DNA from: Vicinamibacterales bacterium | Lineage (GTDB): Bacteria; Acidobacteriota; Vicinamibacteria; Vicinamibacterales; UBA8438 | Length of the DNA: 64,000 bases | Assembly (NCBI GenBank): GCA_965218825.1 | Contig: OZ244656.1 | Coordinates: 964,915 to 1,028,914, forward strand | Direction: 5' to 3' | In this document: one piece after another, positions 20,845-31,543 of the stretch | Layout of the letters: each line of letters begins with the position of its first letter | Position numbering within the stretch: the stretch's first letter is position 1 | Position numbers and translations under genes: made by a program | The notes under the pieces: generated by a model | Databases searched by the model: none | Told to the model about the DNA's origin: nothing | What the model saw: the letters and a program-made list of their open reading frames with translations, nothing else

Positions 20845-23153
20845 GGCAACGTGGTTGGTCATCGGCCCTCTCTGTCTGGACCGCTGCTGTGGCGCTAGGC
20901 GTCACCGTGGCGTGCACGCTGTGGCCAGGCGATTCGGGCCGGCCTCCCGGTCGAGAGCAAGGCACGGGCGAGAGCGGCGTGGCCTACGTCGACAACGCCA
21001 CCTGCGCGGCGTGTCACCAGGCTGAGCATGACGCCTGGTCTGGGTCGCATCACGACCTCGCCATGCAGGAGGCCACGTCGGAGACGGTCCTTGGCGATTT
21101 CGATGATGCGACGTTCACGCATTTCGGGGTGTCGTCGCGGTTCTTCACGAAGGATGGTCGGTTCTTCGTGAACACAGAGGGCCCCGACGGTGAGCTCGCC
21201 AACTTCGCGCTCACGTACACCTTCGGGGTTGAGCCACTGCAGCAGTATCTTGCGCCGTTTCCGGGAGGTCGTCTGCAGAGCCTGACGATCGCGTGGGACA
21301 CGGAACGAAATGAGTGGTTTCACCTCTATCCCGATGCACGGATTCCCTGGGACGATCCGTTGCACTGGACCGGCCGGTACCAGACCTGGAACGTCATGTG
21401 TGCGGAATGCCATTCGACGAACCTGCGGAAGAACTACGACCTTGAGACCGAGACGTATCGAACGGTGTGGGACGAAATCGATGTCGGTTGCCAAGCGTGT
21501 CACGGCCCCGGAGCCTCGCATGTCGCGTGGGCTCGATCGGGCGATGCCGACCCACCCACCACCGACACCGACGTTGGGCTGGTCGTGGACCTGGCGGTGA
21601 GCGCGCACGACGAGATCGAGTCGTGCGCCGGGTGTCACTCTCGGCGGCAGCGAATCAGTGACGTCGACCGACATGCAAGGCGGTTCCTCGATGACTTCCG
21701 GCCATTGACGCTGCAAGCCGGGCTCTACCACCCAGATGGGCAGATCCAAGACGAGGCCTATGTCTGGGGCTCGTTCACACAAAGCAAGATGTATGAGGCA
21801 GGCGTCAAGTGCTCGAACTGCCACGACCCGCACCAGTTGGATCTGTCGGTCGAGGGCAACGCCGTCTGCGTGCGATGTCACCGCGCGGCACCCGCAGCCA
21901 ACGTCGAGTTCCCCACGCTCCAACGAAAGAGCTACGACACGCCCGAGCATCACTTCCATCCCGTGGGGTCAGATGGCTCGCAGTGCGTCGCCTGCCACAT
22001 GCCGGCGCAGACATATATGCGTGTCGACCCGCGTCGTGACCACAGCTTCCGGATCCCGCGTCCCGACGTCTCCGTCGAGTTGGGCACGCCGAACGCGTGC
22101 ACGATGTGTCATGAGGATCAGGACGATTCGTGGGCAGCAGCTCAGGTCGAGGTCTGGTGGGGGCAACCCGACACCCCGCACTTCGCCGCAGCCTTTGCCG
22201 CGGCGCGCGATGCCGACCGCGCGGCCGAAGCACCGCTGCTGGAGCTGGTCGCCGACTCGGCCCGGCCCGCCATCATCCGGGCGACGGCGCTGGAGCACCT
22301 CCGCCAATACGGCCCTCGGGCGCTCGAGGCGATTAGGTCGGCGACAACCGATGGCGACCCGCTCGTCAGAGCATCCGCAGCAGGGGGCCTTGAGCGCTTG
22401 CCGCCGCGCCGGCGAATCGCGGTGGTCACGCCGCTGCTCGACGATCCCGTTCGTGCAGTGCGCCTCGAAGCCGCGCGCGTGCTGGCGTCCGTCCCGATCG
22501 CCGATCTCGATTCTCGACAGGCTGGGCTTCTTGCGAGAGGGCTGTCAGAGTTCGTGGATGCGCAAATGGCGTCAGCCGACATGCCGGCGGCGCACCTGAA
22601 CCTGGGGGTCCTTCGACTGCGTGCCGGTCAACTTGACGAGGCCGAGCGCGCGTATCAAGTCGCCCTTCATCTCGATCCCAGCTTCGTCCCGGTTCGGTTC
22701 AACCTGGCCAACCTCTACAACCAGCAGGGACGCAACGACGAGGCAGAGACGGTCCTTCGCGAAGGGATCGACCGGGCTTCTGAGGGGGACGAAGGCGAGC
22801 TACAGTACTCACTCGCGCTGCTGTTGGCTGAGGAGGATCGCCTAGAAGAAGCGGCAGCCAGCCTGCAACGGGCGGTCGAGCTGATTCCGCGTGCGCGCGT
22901 CCGCTACAACTACGGGTTGGTGCTGCATCGCCTTGGCCGTCTTGACGACGCCGAGGCAGCGCTGATCGAGGCAAACGAAGGCAATCCGCGCGATGCGGAC
23001 GTGTTGCTCGCTCTGGCTCAACTCCTGATGGACCGCGGCGAGCTCACCCGAGCCCGCGAGTACGCACGCGCGCTCCTTCAGCTGAACCCCACAGCCCCAG
23101 GGCCGCAGCAGCTCCTCAACGAGATCCGGCTGCGCCAGGTTCGACAGCGGTAG
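20841..23153 (+). CDS. Multiheme (8 CxxCH) cytochrome c lipoprotein with HEAT-like and TPR repeats
   Basis: CAACH, CAECH, CQACH, CAGCH, CSNCH, CVRCH, CVACH, CTMCH; lipobox-like TVAC; C-terminal TPRs; ATGA overlap with the RND gene. Confidence 0.88.
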   Translation: MRQRGWSSALSVWTAAVALGVTVACTLWPGDSGRPPGREQGTGESGVAYVDNATCAACHQAEHDAWSGSHHDLAMQEATSETVLGDFDDATFTHFGVSSRFFTKDGRFFVNTEGPDGELANFALTYTFGVEPLQQYLAPFPGGRLQSLTIAWDTERNEWFHLYPDARIPWDDPLHWTGRYQTWNVMCAECHSTNLRKNYDLETETYRTVWDEIDVGCQACHGPGASHVAWARSGDADPPTTDTDVGLVVDLAVSAHDEIESCAGCHSRRQRISDVDRHARRFLDDFRPLTLQAGLYHPDGQIQDEAYVWGSFTQSKMYEAGVKCSNCHDPHQLDLSVEGNAVCVRCHRAAPAANVEFPTLQRKSYDTPEHHFHPVGSDGSQCVACHMPAQTYMRVDPRRDHSFRIPRPDVSVELGTPNACTMCHEDQDDSWAAAQVEVWWGQPDTPHFAAAFAAARDADRAAEAPLLELVADSARPAIIRATALEHLRQYGPRALEAIRSATTDGDPLVRASAAGGLERLPPRRRIAVVTPLLDDPVRAVRLEAARVLASVPIADLDSRQAGLLARGLSEFVDAQMASADMPAAHLNLGVLRLRAGQLDEAERAYQVALHLDPSFVPVRFNLANLYNQQGRNDEAETVLREGIDRASEGDEGELQYSLALLLAEEDRLEEAAASLQRAVELIPRARVRYNYGLVLHRLGRLDDAEAALIEANEGNPRDADVLLALAQLLMDRGELTRAREYARALLQLNPTAPGPQQLLNEIRLRQVRQR

Positions 23154-23194
23154 GCCCCGGCACTTGGTTTTCGTGGCTCCGAAGAGTGGTCGAA

Positions 23195-23305
23195 AAGACC
23201 CACCGCCGGCACCAAAGCCAAAACCAATGCTGATGAGCGGAATGACCGTGTTCCCCTCAACGGTGATCGGTTCACCCACGACTGTGCGCGTGCTCAACAG
23301 GGATT
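23195..23305 (-). pseudogene. GerW/YtfJ-family fragment
   Basis: TRTVVGEPITVEGNTVIPLISIGFGFGAGGG matches the family pattern; no intact ORF. Confidence 0.55.
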
Positions 23306-23314
23306 CAGGTGTGC

Positions 23315-23947
23315 CTACGGACGAGGATCGTCGGGCACGCAGAGCTCAGCCGTGAACGCCATCCAGCTAATCGCCGACCCGGCGACTGTGGCCTCCGGTG
23401 GGCTTGCGGCGCCGCCCTCGATACGTAGTGCGCCAGGGTACGTCGTCAATCGGTCCAACGCCTGCGGCTCGGCGGCGACCTCTGCCTGCGAATGGTTACC
23501 AGGCCAGAGCAGTACGCCGATGGCGTCGCGCGCCGTATCGAAGTCCGCTGATTCAGCGACGAACGCGAACTCTCGCGGCGTCCACGACAGGGCCGCCGCC
23601 ACCGTGATGCCATAGGCCGTGCTCACGTACCGGGGATTGGAGAATCGGTACGGTGGCGTGGCTACCATCAGGTAGTCAGCCTGCGGCTCGGCGGCTGGGC
23701 TGATCTGAATAGTCCAGCCGGGAGGGTTCTCGGGATGCGTCTCGGGAGCGAGGCGGAACATGAGGTCAGTCCCGAGCGCGGCTTCAAAGGCCTGACCTCG
23801 CTCCACGCGTCCGCTCACGACCGTCTCGCGACATGCCGGCGTTGGAGACGGCGCCTGCCCCGACGCCGTCAGACCGGCGGACACGATCGCCAGGCCGGAC
23901 GCCAGTCGTCCGGCTTGGCCCATTAGAAGTCCGAGTTTGGCCGTCAA
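23315..23947 (-). CDS. Hypothetical exported protein
   Basis: 210-aa ORF with a signal-like N-terminus (possible start ATG 23923), directly downstream of the DUF2339-like gene. Confidence 0.55.
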   Translation of the reverse strand: MTAKLGLLMGQAGRLASGLAIVSAGLTASGQAPSPTPACRETVVSGRVERGQAFEAALGTDLMFRLAPETHPENPPGWTIQISPAAEPQADYLMVATPPYRFSNPRYVSTAYGITVAAALSWTPREFAFVAESADFDTARDAIGVLLWPGNHSQAEVAAEPQALDRLTTYPGALRIEGGAASPPEATVAGSAISWMAFTAELCVPDDPRP

Positions 23948-23950
23948 AAC

Positions 23951-25462
23951 CTAGTCGCCCCCTGCTTCCTCCTTCGGTGGCAACGGTGAAACATAGCCAA
24001 TCACCAGAATCAGCGCGCCAACGACGACGAACGACACGATTCGAGCGATCGTTCCGATGTCGGCGAGATCAACGGAGAACAGTTTGATCACCACCACTGC
24101 CAGGAGCGCGGCGCCAACCCACCAGAGTCGCCGAAGCGCAAGTCGTGTCGCGCCGAACATCATCACGAACGCCACCGCGGTCCAGGCGATCGACAACGAC
24201 GTCTGTAGAACGGCCGAGGACCATAACGCGTCGGCGCGGAACGGCACGCCGCCCAGGAAGTGGGTTGCCCGTGCGACGGTACCGTTCAGCGTCGCAAACG
24301 CAAGGAACCCAAGCGTACCCCAGCGCTCGTTCGGCCCGAACCTGATCCGGCTCTTGGCACTCCACCAGAGAAGGGCTCCGAGAGACGCAACCTGCGCAAG
24401 CTCGATGGGGTTGAAGATCGGGACGTAGCTCAATGGATCTGGGTCGCCACGATGAATGTTGGCGAAGAGCACCCATCCGGCCGCAACGATCACTAGCGGG
24501 AGTTGGCCGACCCCAAGATACGCGTCGTCAAAACGCCCGACCGGCCAACCGACTCGGTGACCGAGCTTCGTGAGAGCGCAGACGACGGCCAGCGGCACCA
24601 CGGCCCAGACAACGAACGGCCAGGTCGGACCACTGGGTACGGCCTGCTCGATGATCCACAAACCCTCCCAGCTCATGAAGAACACGCCGAGCCAGAGCGT
24701 CGCCGAGTGATACGCCAACGCCCAGCGTTTCCAATCCCCTTCGAGCCGCCGGAGAACCCAGTACTGCGTCAGAAAGACCGTGGGCCACGCAACCGCGCCC
24801 CAGTGTGCCAGCGGATGAGGCTCGCTGACGAGCCACGGCAGCGTGAGCACCAGCATCACCGGCAGCAGAAGGTACGGCGGATACGCGAGGTGGTTCCAAG
24901 CGAGACGGCGCCGGAGAAAGACAAGTGCCGCGACGCTGACCGCCACGAACCCGAGGGTCGCGCTGTGCTGGTCCGGCCACGACAAATGCCACGAGATCTC
25001 GGCGACACCGGCACCGAACCACCAGAGCGTGCCCCACCCGAGTGTTGCGGCCGCCAGCCAGGGATAGGCCGCGTTTCCGTCGCGATGTCGGTACAGGTAC
25101 CGGCTTGAGAAGAGGGCCGCCGTGCTCAGCATGAGACCTGCCAGGTACACGATGTTGAGAATGGGGAGATCGCCCACGGTTCGCCCGCGCTCCTCCAAGA
25201 AGACGGTGCCCGCCAAGACCTGAAGGGCAAGACCCGACATGAGCGCGAGGGATCGGTTCTGGCGGACACCAACCCACACCAGGGCGGCTCCCTCGAGTGC
25301 CCAGGCGGCGGACGTCCATCGCCCATCGACGGCGAGCGGGATCATGAGCGTGCCGAAGACGACCGAGAGCGCGGTAAACGACTCGACCAACATCCGCATC
25401 GAGTGACGTTGACGCGCCCGGATCAGGATCGCCACGACCGCGTAGACGACCGAATATGCGAG
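23951..25462 (-). pseudogene. DUF2339-like membrane protein, 5'-truncated
   Basis: Highly hydrophobic; WTSAAWALEGAALVW and KLFSVDLADIGTIARIVSF...IGYVSPLPP C-terminus; upstream replaced by IS630. Confidence 0.75.
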
Positions 25463-26193
25463 TTAAGAAGTGTGCCGGGTGTGATGTATGGGGCGGCATG
25501 GCAAGAACAGGTCGGCCCAAAGCGAGATTGGAAGTCACCGCCGTGGAGCGAGGAGAACTTGAGCGGCTCGCCAGGCGCGCCAGAACGAATCGGCATGTGG
25601 CCTTGCGGGCGAAGATCGTCCTGAGGTGCGCGCATGGCGAATCGAACGCGGCGGTCGCGGCGAAACTGCGCTGTTCGAATGTGACGGTCGGCAAGTGGCG
25701 GCAGCGGGTTACGACAGGTCGCGTGGATGCGCTGTATGACGAGCCCAAGCCCGGAGCCCCCCGGACACTGTCCGATGCGGATGTCGAGTCGATCCTCGTC
25801 GCCACGTTGGAAAGTAAGCCGAAGGGGCGGACCCACTGGAGCACCCGCAAGATGGCGGAGCGCGCTGGCGTCAGTGCCTCCACCGTGGGCCGCATCTGGC
25901 GCACCTTCGGGTTGCAGCCGCATGTCGTGGAATCCTTCAAGATCTCCGACGACCCGCTGGTCCTCGAGAAGGTGCGGGACATTGTCGGCCTCTACCTGAA
26001 TCCACCCGACCACGCCGGTGTCTTGTCATTCGACGAAAAGCCTCAGATTCAAGCCCTCGAGCGAGCGCAGCCGATCCTGCCGATGGACATGGGTCGGCCC
26101 GAACGCCAGACGCACAACTACATCCGCCATGGCACGGTGGACCTCTTCGCGGCGCTCAACGTCGCGACCGGCCAGGTCGTGGCGCAAACCAAG

Positions 26194-27524
26194 GGTCCTT
26201 CCGGGATCTCCGTGGGTCGCAAGGATCCCGGGTGACTCGTCAGGCCGCCTGCGGGGGCCCCCTGGTGGGTGGGGGCTTGCTCGGCGGCGGATTGCACTCG
26301 AGGTGTCCTGCTGATAGACCGCTCCGGCGGAGGAGCGAATGCAGGATACCAAGCTGTTCGAGACGATCTTGGGGATCCCTACCCCCTGGCACGTGGCGCG
26401 CGTCGAGCTGAAACCCGAGGACGAGCGGGTCGACGTGTGGCTAGAGCACGAGCCGACGCGCTGGCCCTGTCCCAACTGCGGCGAGACGGTGCCCGCCTTC
26501 GATCATGCGGCAGAGCGCACGTGGCGCCATCTCGACACGTGTCAGTGTCAGACGCACCTGCATGCCGAGATTCCGCGGGTGCAGTGTCCGACCCATGGCG
26601 TGAAGCAAGTGCGGGTGCCGTGGGCCGAGCCACGGAGCCGCTTCACGGGGTTGTTGGAACGGTTGATCATCGATCTGATCCTGCAGTGCAGTACGGTCAA
26701 AGGTGCGTGTGAGATCGCGGGCGTCAGCTGGGACGAGGCCTGGGGCGTGATGAGCCGCGCCGTCGCGCGGGGCCACGCGCGGAAAGAGGCGCGGCCGATC
26801 CGCTACATCGGCGTCGACGAGAAGGCGTTCCGCAAGGGCCATCGCTATCACACGATCGTGTGCGACCTCCAGCGGGCGACCGTCGAGTTTGTGGCCGAAG
26901 ATCGCAAGACGGAGAGTCTGGCGGCGTACGATGCCCAGTTGACGGACGCCCAGCGGCGGGCACTGCACGCCGTCGCGATGGACATGTGGGAGGCGTACAT
27001 CGGCGCCACGCGGGACGGCCTGCCCGCCGGCGACGAGAAGATCGTCTTCGATCGGTTCCACATCATGCGGGAGATGACGAAGGCCGTCGATACGGTCCGC
27101 AAACAGGAGCATCGCGCTTTTCTGCGGGCCGGCGAGGGTTCGCCGCTGACCGGCACCAAGTACCTGTGGCTGTTCAGCGACGAGCGGCGGCCGGCGCGGC
27201 ATGCGGCCGCGTTCGCGACGCTCCAAGCGCTGAAGTTGAAAGTCGGGCGCGCGTGGGCGATCAAAGAAGCGTTGCGGGCCTTGTGGACCTACCGTCAGCA
27301 TGCGGCCGTGAAGCAGGTGGCGAAGACGTTGAAGCGGCATCTCGCAGGGGTGCTCCGCTTTGTCCAGCATCCGATCACGAATGGCGTGGCTGAAGGTCTC
27401 AACAGCAAGATCATGAGCATCAAGCGAAAGGCCGGCGGCTTCCGCAACCCGTCACACTTCACGACGGCGATCTATTTTCACTGCGGAGGGCTCGACCTCT
27501 ACCCACGCTAAACCCGGAAGGACC
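26194..27524 (+). mobile_element. ISL3-family insertion sequence
   Basis: IR GGTCCTTCCGGG at both ends; 8-bp TSD AAACCAAG (26186-26193, 27525-27532). Confidence 0.92.
26339..27511 (+). CDS. ISL3 transposase (appears to have a short in-frame deletion near 27305)
   Basis: CPNCG zinc finger, CPTHGVKQVRVPWA, IGVDEKAF, AMDMW, FDRFH, TNGVAEGLNSKI. Confidence 0.88.
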   Translation: MQDTKLFETILGIPTPWHVARVELKPEDERVDVWLEHEPTRWPCPNCGETVPAFDHAAERTWRHLDTCQCQTHLHAEIPRVQCPTHGVKQVRVPWAEPRSRFTGLLERLIIDLILQCSTVKGACEIAGVSWDEAWGVMSRAVARGHARKEARPIRYIGVDEKAFRKGHRYHTIVCDLQRATVEFVAEDRKTESLAAYDAQLTDAQRRALHAVAMDMWEAYIGATRDGLPAGDEKIVFDRFHIMREMTKAVDTVRKQEHRAFLRAGEGSPLTGTKYLWLFSDERRPARHAAAFATLQALKLKVGRAWAIKEALRALWTYRQHAAVKQVAKTLKRHLAGVLRFVQHPITNGVAEGLNSKIMSIKRKAGGFRNPSHFTTAIYFHCGGLDLYPR

Positions 27525-27977
27525 AAACCAAGAAGCAGCATCGGTCGAGGGATTTCGTGAGCTTTCTGCGCGAGATCGACGAGCGGGTGGACCCCACCCT
27601 CACCGTCCACGTGATCCTCGACAATCTCTCGGCGCATAAGTCCCCGCTGGTCACACGATGGGTGGCCCGCCACCCGCGCTTCCAGTTCCACTTTACGCCA
27701 ACCTACTCCGCCTGGCTCAACCTCGTCGAGCGGTTCTTTGGCCTCCTCACCGAACACGCCCTCAAGCGCGGCTCACATTCCAGCACGCACGCGCTGCGCC
27801 ACGCCATCTCCGCCTACGTGGACGCCCACAATGACGAGGGCAAGCCTTTCAAGTGGACGAAAACAGCCGACGAGATCCTCGCGAAGGTGAAGCGGTTCGG
27901 ACAGCGCACCGTTCAAGTCCACGGTGGCCCCAGATGACCAACGACTTTTTGAAGAAATCAAAGATCAAGGGGACTAG

Positions 27978-28982
27978 GTCGTCAATCCGCTTGTCCACAC
28001 GGCACCCGAGTTGCCAGGCCCGAATCTCCCGGCGCATGCGTTTGGCCGCGGCATTGCTGACCGCCGAACTGAAGTTGACGAAGTACTTGCCCCAGCGATT
28101 CTTCGACCGCCGGGCTCGAAACGTATAGCCCAGAAAGTCGAAGGTCTCGTGGAGCGCGTGCCCGCGTCGGTCGTCATCCCTGCAGTAGACCACCTTGGTC
28201 TTCTGCGGATGCAGCTCCAACCCGCACGTCGCGAACCGCTGCGCCAGCACACGCTGGAGCCGTCGGGCCTGCGCCTCGCTTACACAGTGGCAGAGGATGT
28301 CATCGGCGAAGCGTTCGAACGGAATGTCTGGATGGTGTTGTGCCATCCACCGATCAAACGCGTAGTGCAAGAAGAGATTCGCGAGCAATGGTGAAACCAC
28401 TGACCCTTGCGGCGTCCCCTTCTCCCGAGGTGCCAAGGTGCCGTCGGCCATCTGGACGGGAGCCGTCAGCCACCGCTCGATGTACAACAGCACCCAGGCG
28501 CAGTCGGTGTGTGCCCTCACCGCCTTGAGTAACAGACCGTGCGGAATCGTGTCGAAGTAGGCGCGGATGTCGAGGTCGAGGACCCACGCCGAGCGCCAGC
28601 AGCGCTTGCGGGCGACGCCGACCGCATCCAACGCCGACTTCTTCGGTCGATAGCCGTAGGAGTCGGGATGGAAATGCTGCTCCAGCGCCGGCTCCAGGTA
28701 CGCCTTGACCACCGCCTGCGCAATGCGATCCGCAACCGTTGGAATACCCAACGGGCGCGTCCCGCCATCTCGCTTGGCGATATCCACACGCTTGACTGGC
28801 GGCGGAACGTAGCTCCCCGACGACAACCGATTCCACAGCTTGTAGAGATTCCCTTTCAGGTGCTCCTCAAACTGTTCGACTGATTGCTCGTCGACGCCGG
28901 CTGCCCCCCGGTTGGCCTTCACCCGTTTGTACGCCTTCCATACCCAGCGCTTGGGAATACAGAACGGCTTCGCGTTATCCAC
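27978..28982 (-). pseudogene. ltrA: Group II intron reverse transcriptase/maturase, truncated
   Basis: KAYKRVKANRGAAGVD, NLYKLWNRLSSGSY, RPLGIPTVADR, GTPQG, RFADD; ends at the IS630 CTAG. Confidence 0.88.
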
Positions 28983-29540
28983 CAGGTTCCTCCCGTCGCC
29001 GGTTGACCTGGCGATACCGCCGGACGGTGCCGCCCCTTCGCTCCAGCCCCATTACAGGACCTTCCTCACTACTACGAGCGACTCCGTCCCGGTGCCCCGC
29101 TTTGGTACTCGAGCTCTCGTGGGGCTGCCACTTGAGCGTCTCCCTTGACATCGGGGCGACCGGTTCCCACGTTCCACACACGAGCCTGCACTACGGTCAC
29201 GCCGCCTTCGTGCCGGACGCCGCCGGGGCCGTAAGCAGGTCTCGCCCAGGCTTCTCCCGGAGGAACGACTACCCCCGGTTTTGACGTCGTCCCTACGCTT
29301 TCGACAAGTCATCGACGGTTCACTTGCGTTCGTCTCCGTAGCGCTTACCTGACAGGGTCGCGCCCTGCCTTTTCCTCGACGCTCACCACCCGGGCTCTTT
29401 ACCCGCGCAGATCGAGGGGGTTTGAAGCCTGCACCTGCATGCCGGCTTCGAGGGGCCCACCCTCATCTCGTGTGCAGCAAGGCTGCAGTGAGTCAACCGG
29501 CTCTACATCCCGGTCTCCTCTCTGTGCCGTCGTGGCACAC
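27978..29540 (-). mobile_element. Group II intron A (RmInt1-like, class D-like), 3' end cut off by IS630
   Basis: 5' end GTGTGCCACG at 29540, followed by ~560 nt of non-coding intron RNA before the RT ORF. Confidence 0.8.
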
Positions 29541-30354
29541 CATCGTCGGCGTAGCGCACGAACCGGTGGCCCCGTCGCTCGAGTTCGCGGTCGAGCTCGT
29601 CGAGCACGAAATTCGACAGCAGGGGGGACAGAGGACCACCCTGGGGAACGCCTTCATCTACTCGCGGTCCCACCAGCCCGTTCTCCATCACCCCCGCGTT
29701 CAAGAACGCGCGGATGAGTGTGAGCAGTCGCGTGTCGGCAACGCGCCGAGCCATGTGACCCATTAATCTGTCGTGGTTGACCCGGTCGAAGAATTTCTCC
29801 AAGTCAAGGTCCACGACGTAGCCGTAGCCGTCCGCGATGTATCGTTGCGCTTGGGCGATGGCGTGGTGGGCCGAGCGGCCGGGGCGAAACCCATAGCTGT
29901 GCTCGGAGAACGTCGGGTCCCAACGCCGTTGTAGGACCTGCTGTACCGCCTGCTGGACGAAGCGGTCGAGCGCGCAGGGAATGCCGAGCTTCCGGACACC
30001 CCCTCCGTCGCGCTTCGGGATTTCCACCCGCTTCACCGGCTTGGGCTGGTACGTCCCGCGCAGGAGTTGTTCCCGAGTGGCCGGCCAGTGTTCGCGCAGG
30101 TAGCCGGGGAGTTCATCGACGGTCATCCCGTCGATGCCCGGGCTGCCCTTGTTGGACCGGACGCGCCGTAGTGCCCGTTTCAGGTTCTCTCGCTCACACA
30201 CCTCCTCCATCAGTCGCTCGGTGTTCGCTTGGCGTTCAATGGCGGACGCCGCCCTGGGCGATTCGGTCCCTCGCACGACGGCTCTCGGGGCTTCACCCCT
30301 TGCCTCCGTCGTCGAGACCAGCTCGTGCTGGCTTTGCTGCCGCGTGTCGCTCAT
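29541..30354 (-). pseudogene. ltrA: Group IIC-like reverse transcriptase, broken right after YADD
   Basis: NLKRALRRVRSNKGSPGIDGM, GVPQGGPLSPLLSN, ELERRGHRFVRYADD; likely ATG at 30354. Confidence 0.85.
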
Positions 30355-30808
30355 GAGGTGCCCGTCTCTACTGGCCACTCCGTTATCCCCTCGCGGGGAG
30401 CCGTTCAGGCCTTCGGTGGTGTGAGACTTCCGGTTCTCCGGCTCGTTTCCTCCACCTACTATGCCGTCTGCTGACTCCTGCGCCGCGCTCGGGGTTCCTT
30501 TCGGTTCCCTCAGTCCCACCGTCGGGACAACGACGCAGGTCTCCCGGGGTAAGTCCGACCGCCTTCGGCGCACAACCGCCGGATCTACGCCCGTGACCCT
30601 TGACGGGGATGGACTTTGCGACCTTACGCTCGCTCGTCCGGTCACGCTCGCCTTCTATCCGGTTCTTGTGCATCGGCTCGCGCCTTTGCTCCACGCTTCC
30701 TTCAGACGCCGCCTCGCGGTGGCCGCCCTTGCGCTTCGCTAACCCTTCACCTCCGTCAGGCTGGGTAGAGGACTCGCACCTCCAAGCTGTCGGGCATGCC
30801 CGGCACGC
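29541..30808 (-). mobile_element. Group II intron B (class C-like), 5' half, interrupted by intron A
   Basis: 5' end GCGTGCCGGGCATG at 30808, just downstream of a GC-rich hairpin, as is typical of IIC introns. Confidence 0.75.
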
Positions 30809-30814
30809 ATCAGC

Positions 30815-30864
30815 TACCGCCCCCTGAGGGGGCGGTATGAGGAAGGCCCCTCGAAGGGGCCTTC
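30815..30864. repeat. Two tandem perfect hairpins at the IS200 right end
   Basis: TACCGCCCCC-TGA-GGGGGCGGTA (30815-30837) and GAAGGCCCC-TCGAA-GGGGCCTTC (30842-30864); related ACCGCC-AGA-GGCGGT near 31379. Confidence 0.8.
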
Positions 30865-30866
30865 GA

Positions 30867-31285
30867 TTAGCCAAGTTCCAGTTTCTCCTGTTTCTTCTCG
30901 TCTGCTTCCTGCTTCCGGATGTAATCGCGGATGACCTCTTCCGCCACACCGACGGTACTGACGCAGTACCCGCGTGCCCAAAAGTGGTAGCCCGTGAAGT
31001 TGCGCTGCCGCCCCAGATACTCCCGATGAATGCGGATCGCCGACTTCCCTTTCAAGAACCCCACCGTGTTCGCCACACTCAACTTCGGTGGAATACCCAA
31101 CAAGACATCGACAGCGCGTGCCCTTCCACCAACTCCACGCCGTGCCGCTGACACAACTCCCGAACGATTCTCCCAACCCCACGTCGCATCTCGCCGAAGA
31201 TCGCGCGTTTCCGATACTTCGGCACCCACACCACGTGATATCTGCAATACCATCGGACGTGGGATTGGCTCTGCCACTCTCGCAT
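30867..31285 (-). pseudogene. tnpA: IS200/IS605 TnpA (Y1 HUH transposase), frameshifted with the HUH motif lost
   Basis: YHVVWVPKYR in ORF 31079-31285; IPPKLSVA..VGFLKGKS...FWARGYCVSTVG...YIRKQ in another frame; break near 31110. Confidence 0.85.
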
Positions 31286-31543
31286 GACGGTCTCCTTTCT
31301 GAACTGGGGAGTTCATCTTTGGAGACCGTCTCATCTTCTTCGCCCGACCCCTACCACGGTCGAACCTCTGCGCGTCTCACCGCCAGAGGCGGTGGCTTAC
31401 CAATTTGAGTTAGACACCGGCAATCGCCAATCGGCTGCGGCGGTGGGTACTTGGACAGGGCTTCGCCCCGAACCCCCGCGGGCGCTGCGCCGGCCCGCCT
31501 CTGACTGGGGATATCTTCGCCTCAGTTACACTTTCCACACACC

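Larger units (their letters stand above)
25463..27977 (+). mobile_element. IS630 copy 2: left ~25 bp missing, interrupted by ISL3
   Basis: Matches the reverse complement of 3231-4405; transposase split at 26193/27525; right end GGGGACTAG intact. Confidence 0.9.

Noticed and set aside
27849-30645. RT ORFs as a retron, DGR or defence RT
   Set aside because: Both have group II intron RT0 motifs and intron-type 5' ends; no TR/VR pair or msr-msd layout.
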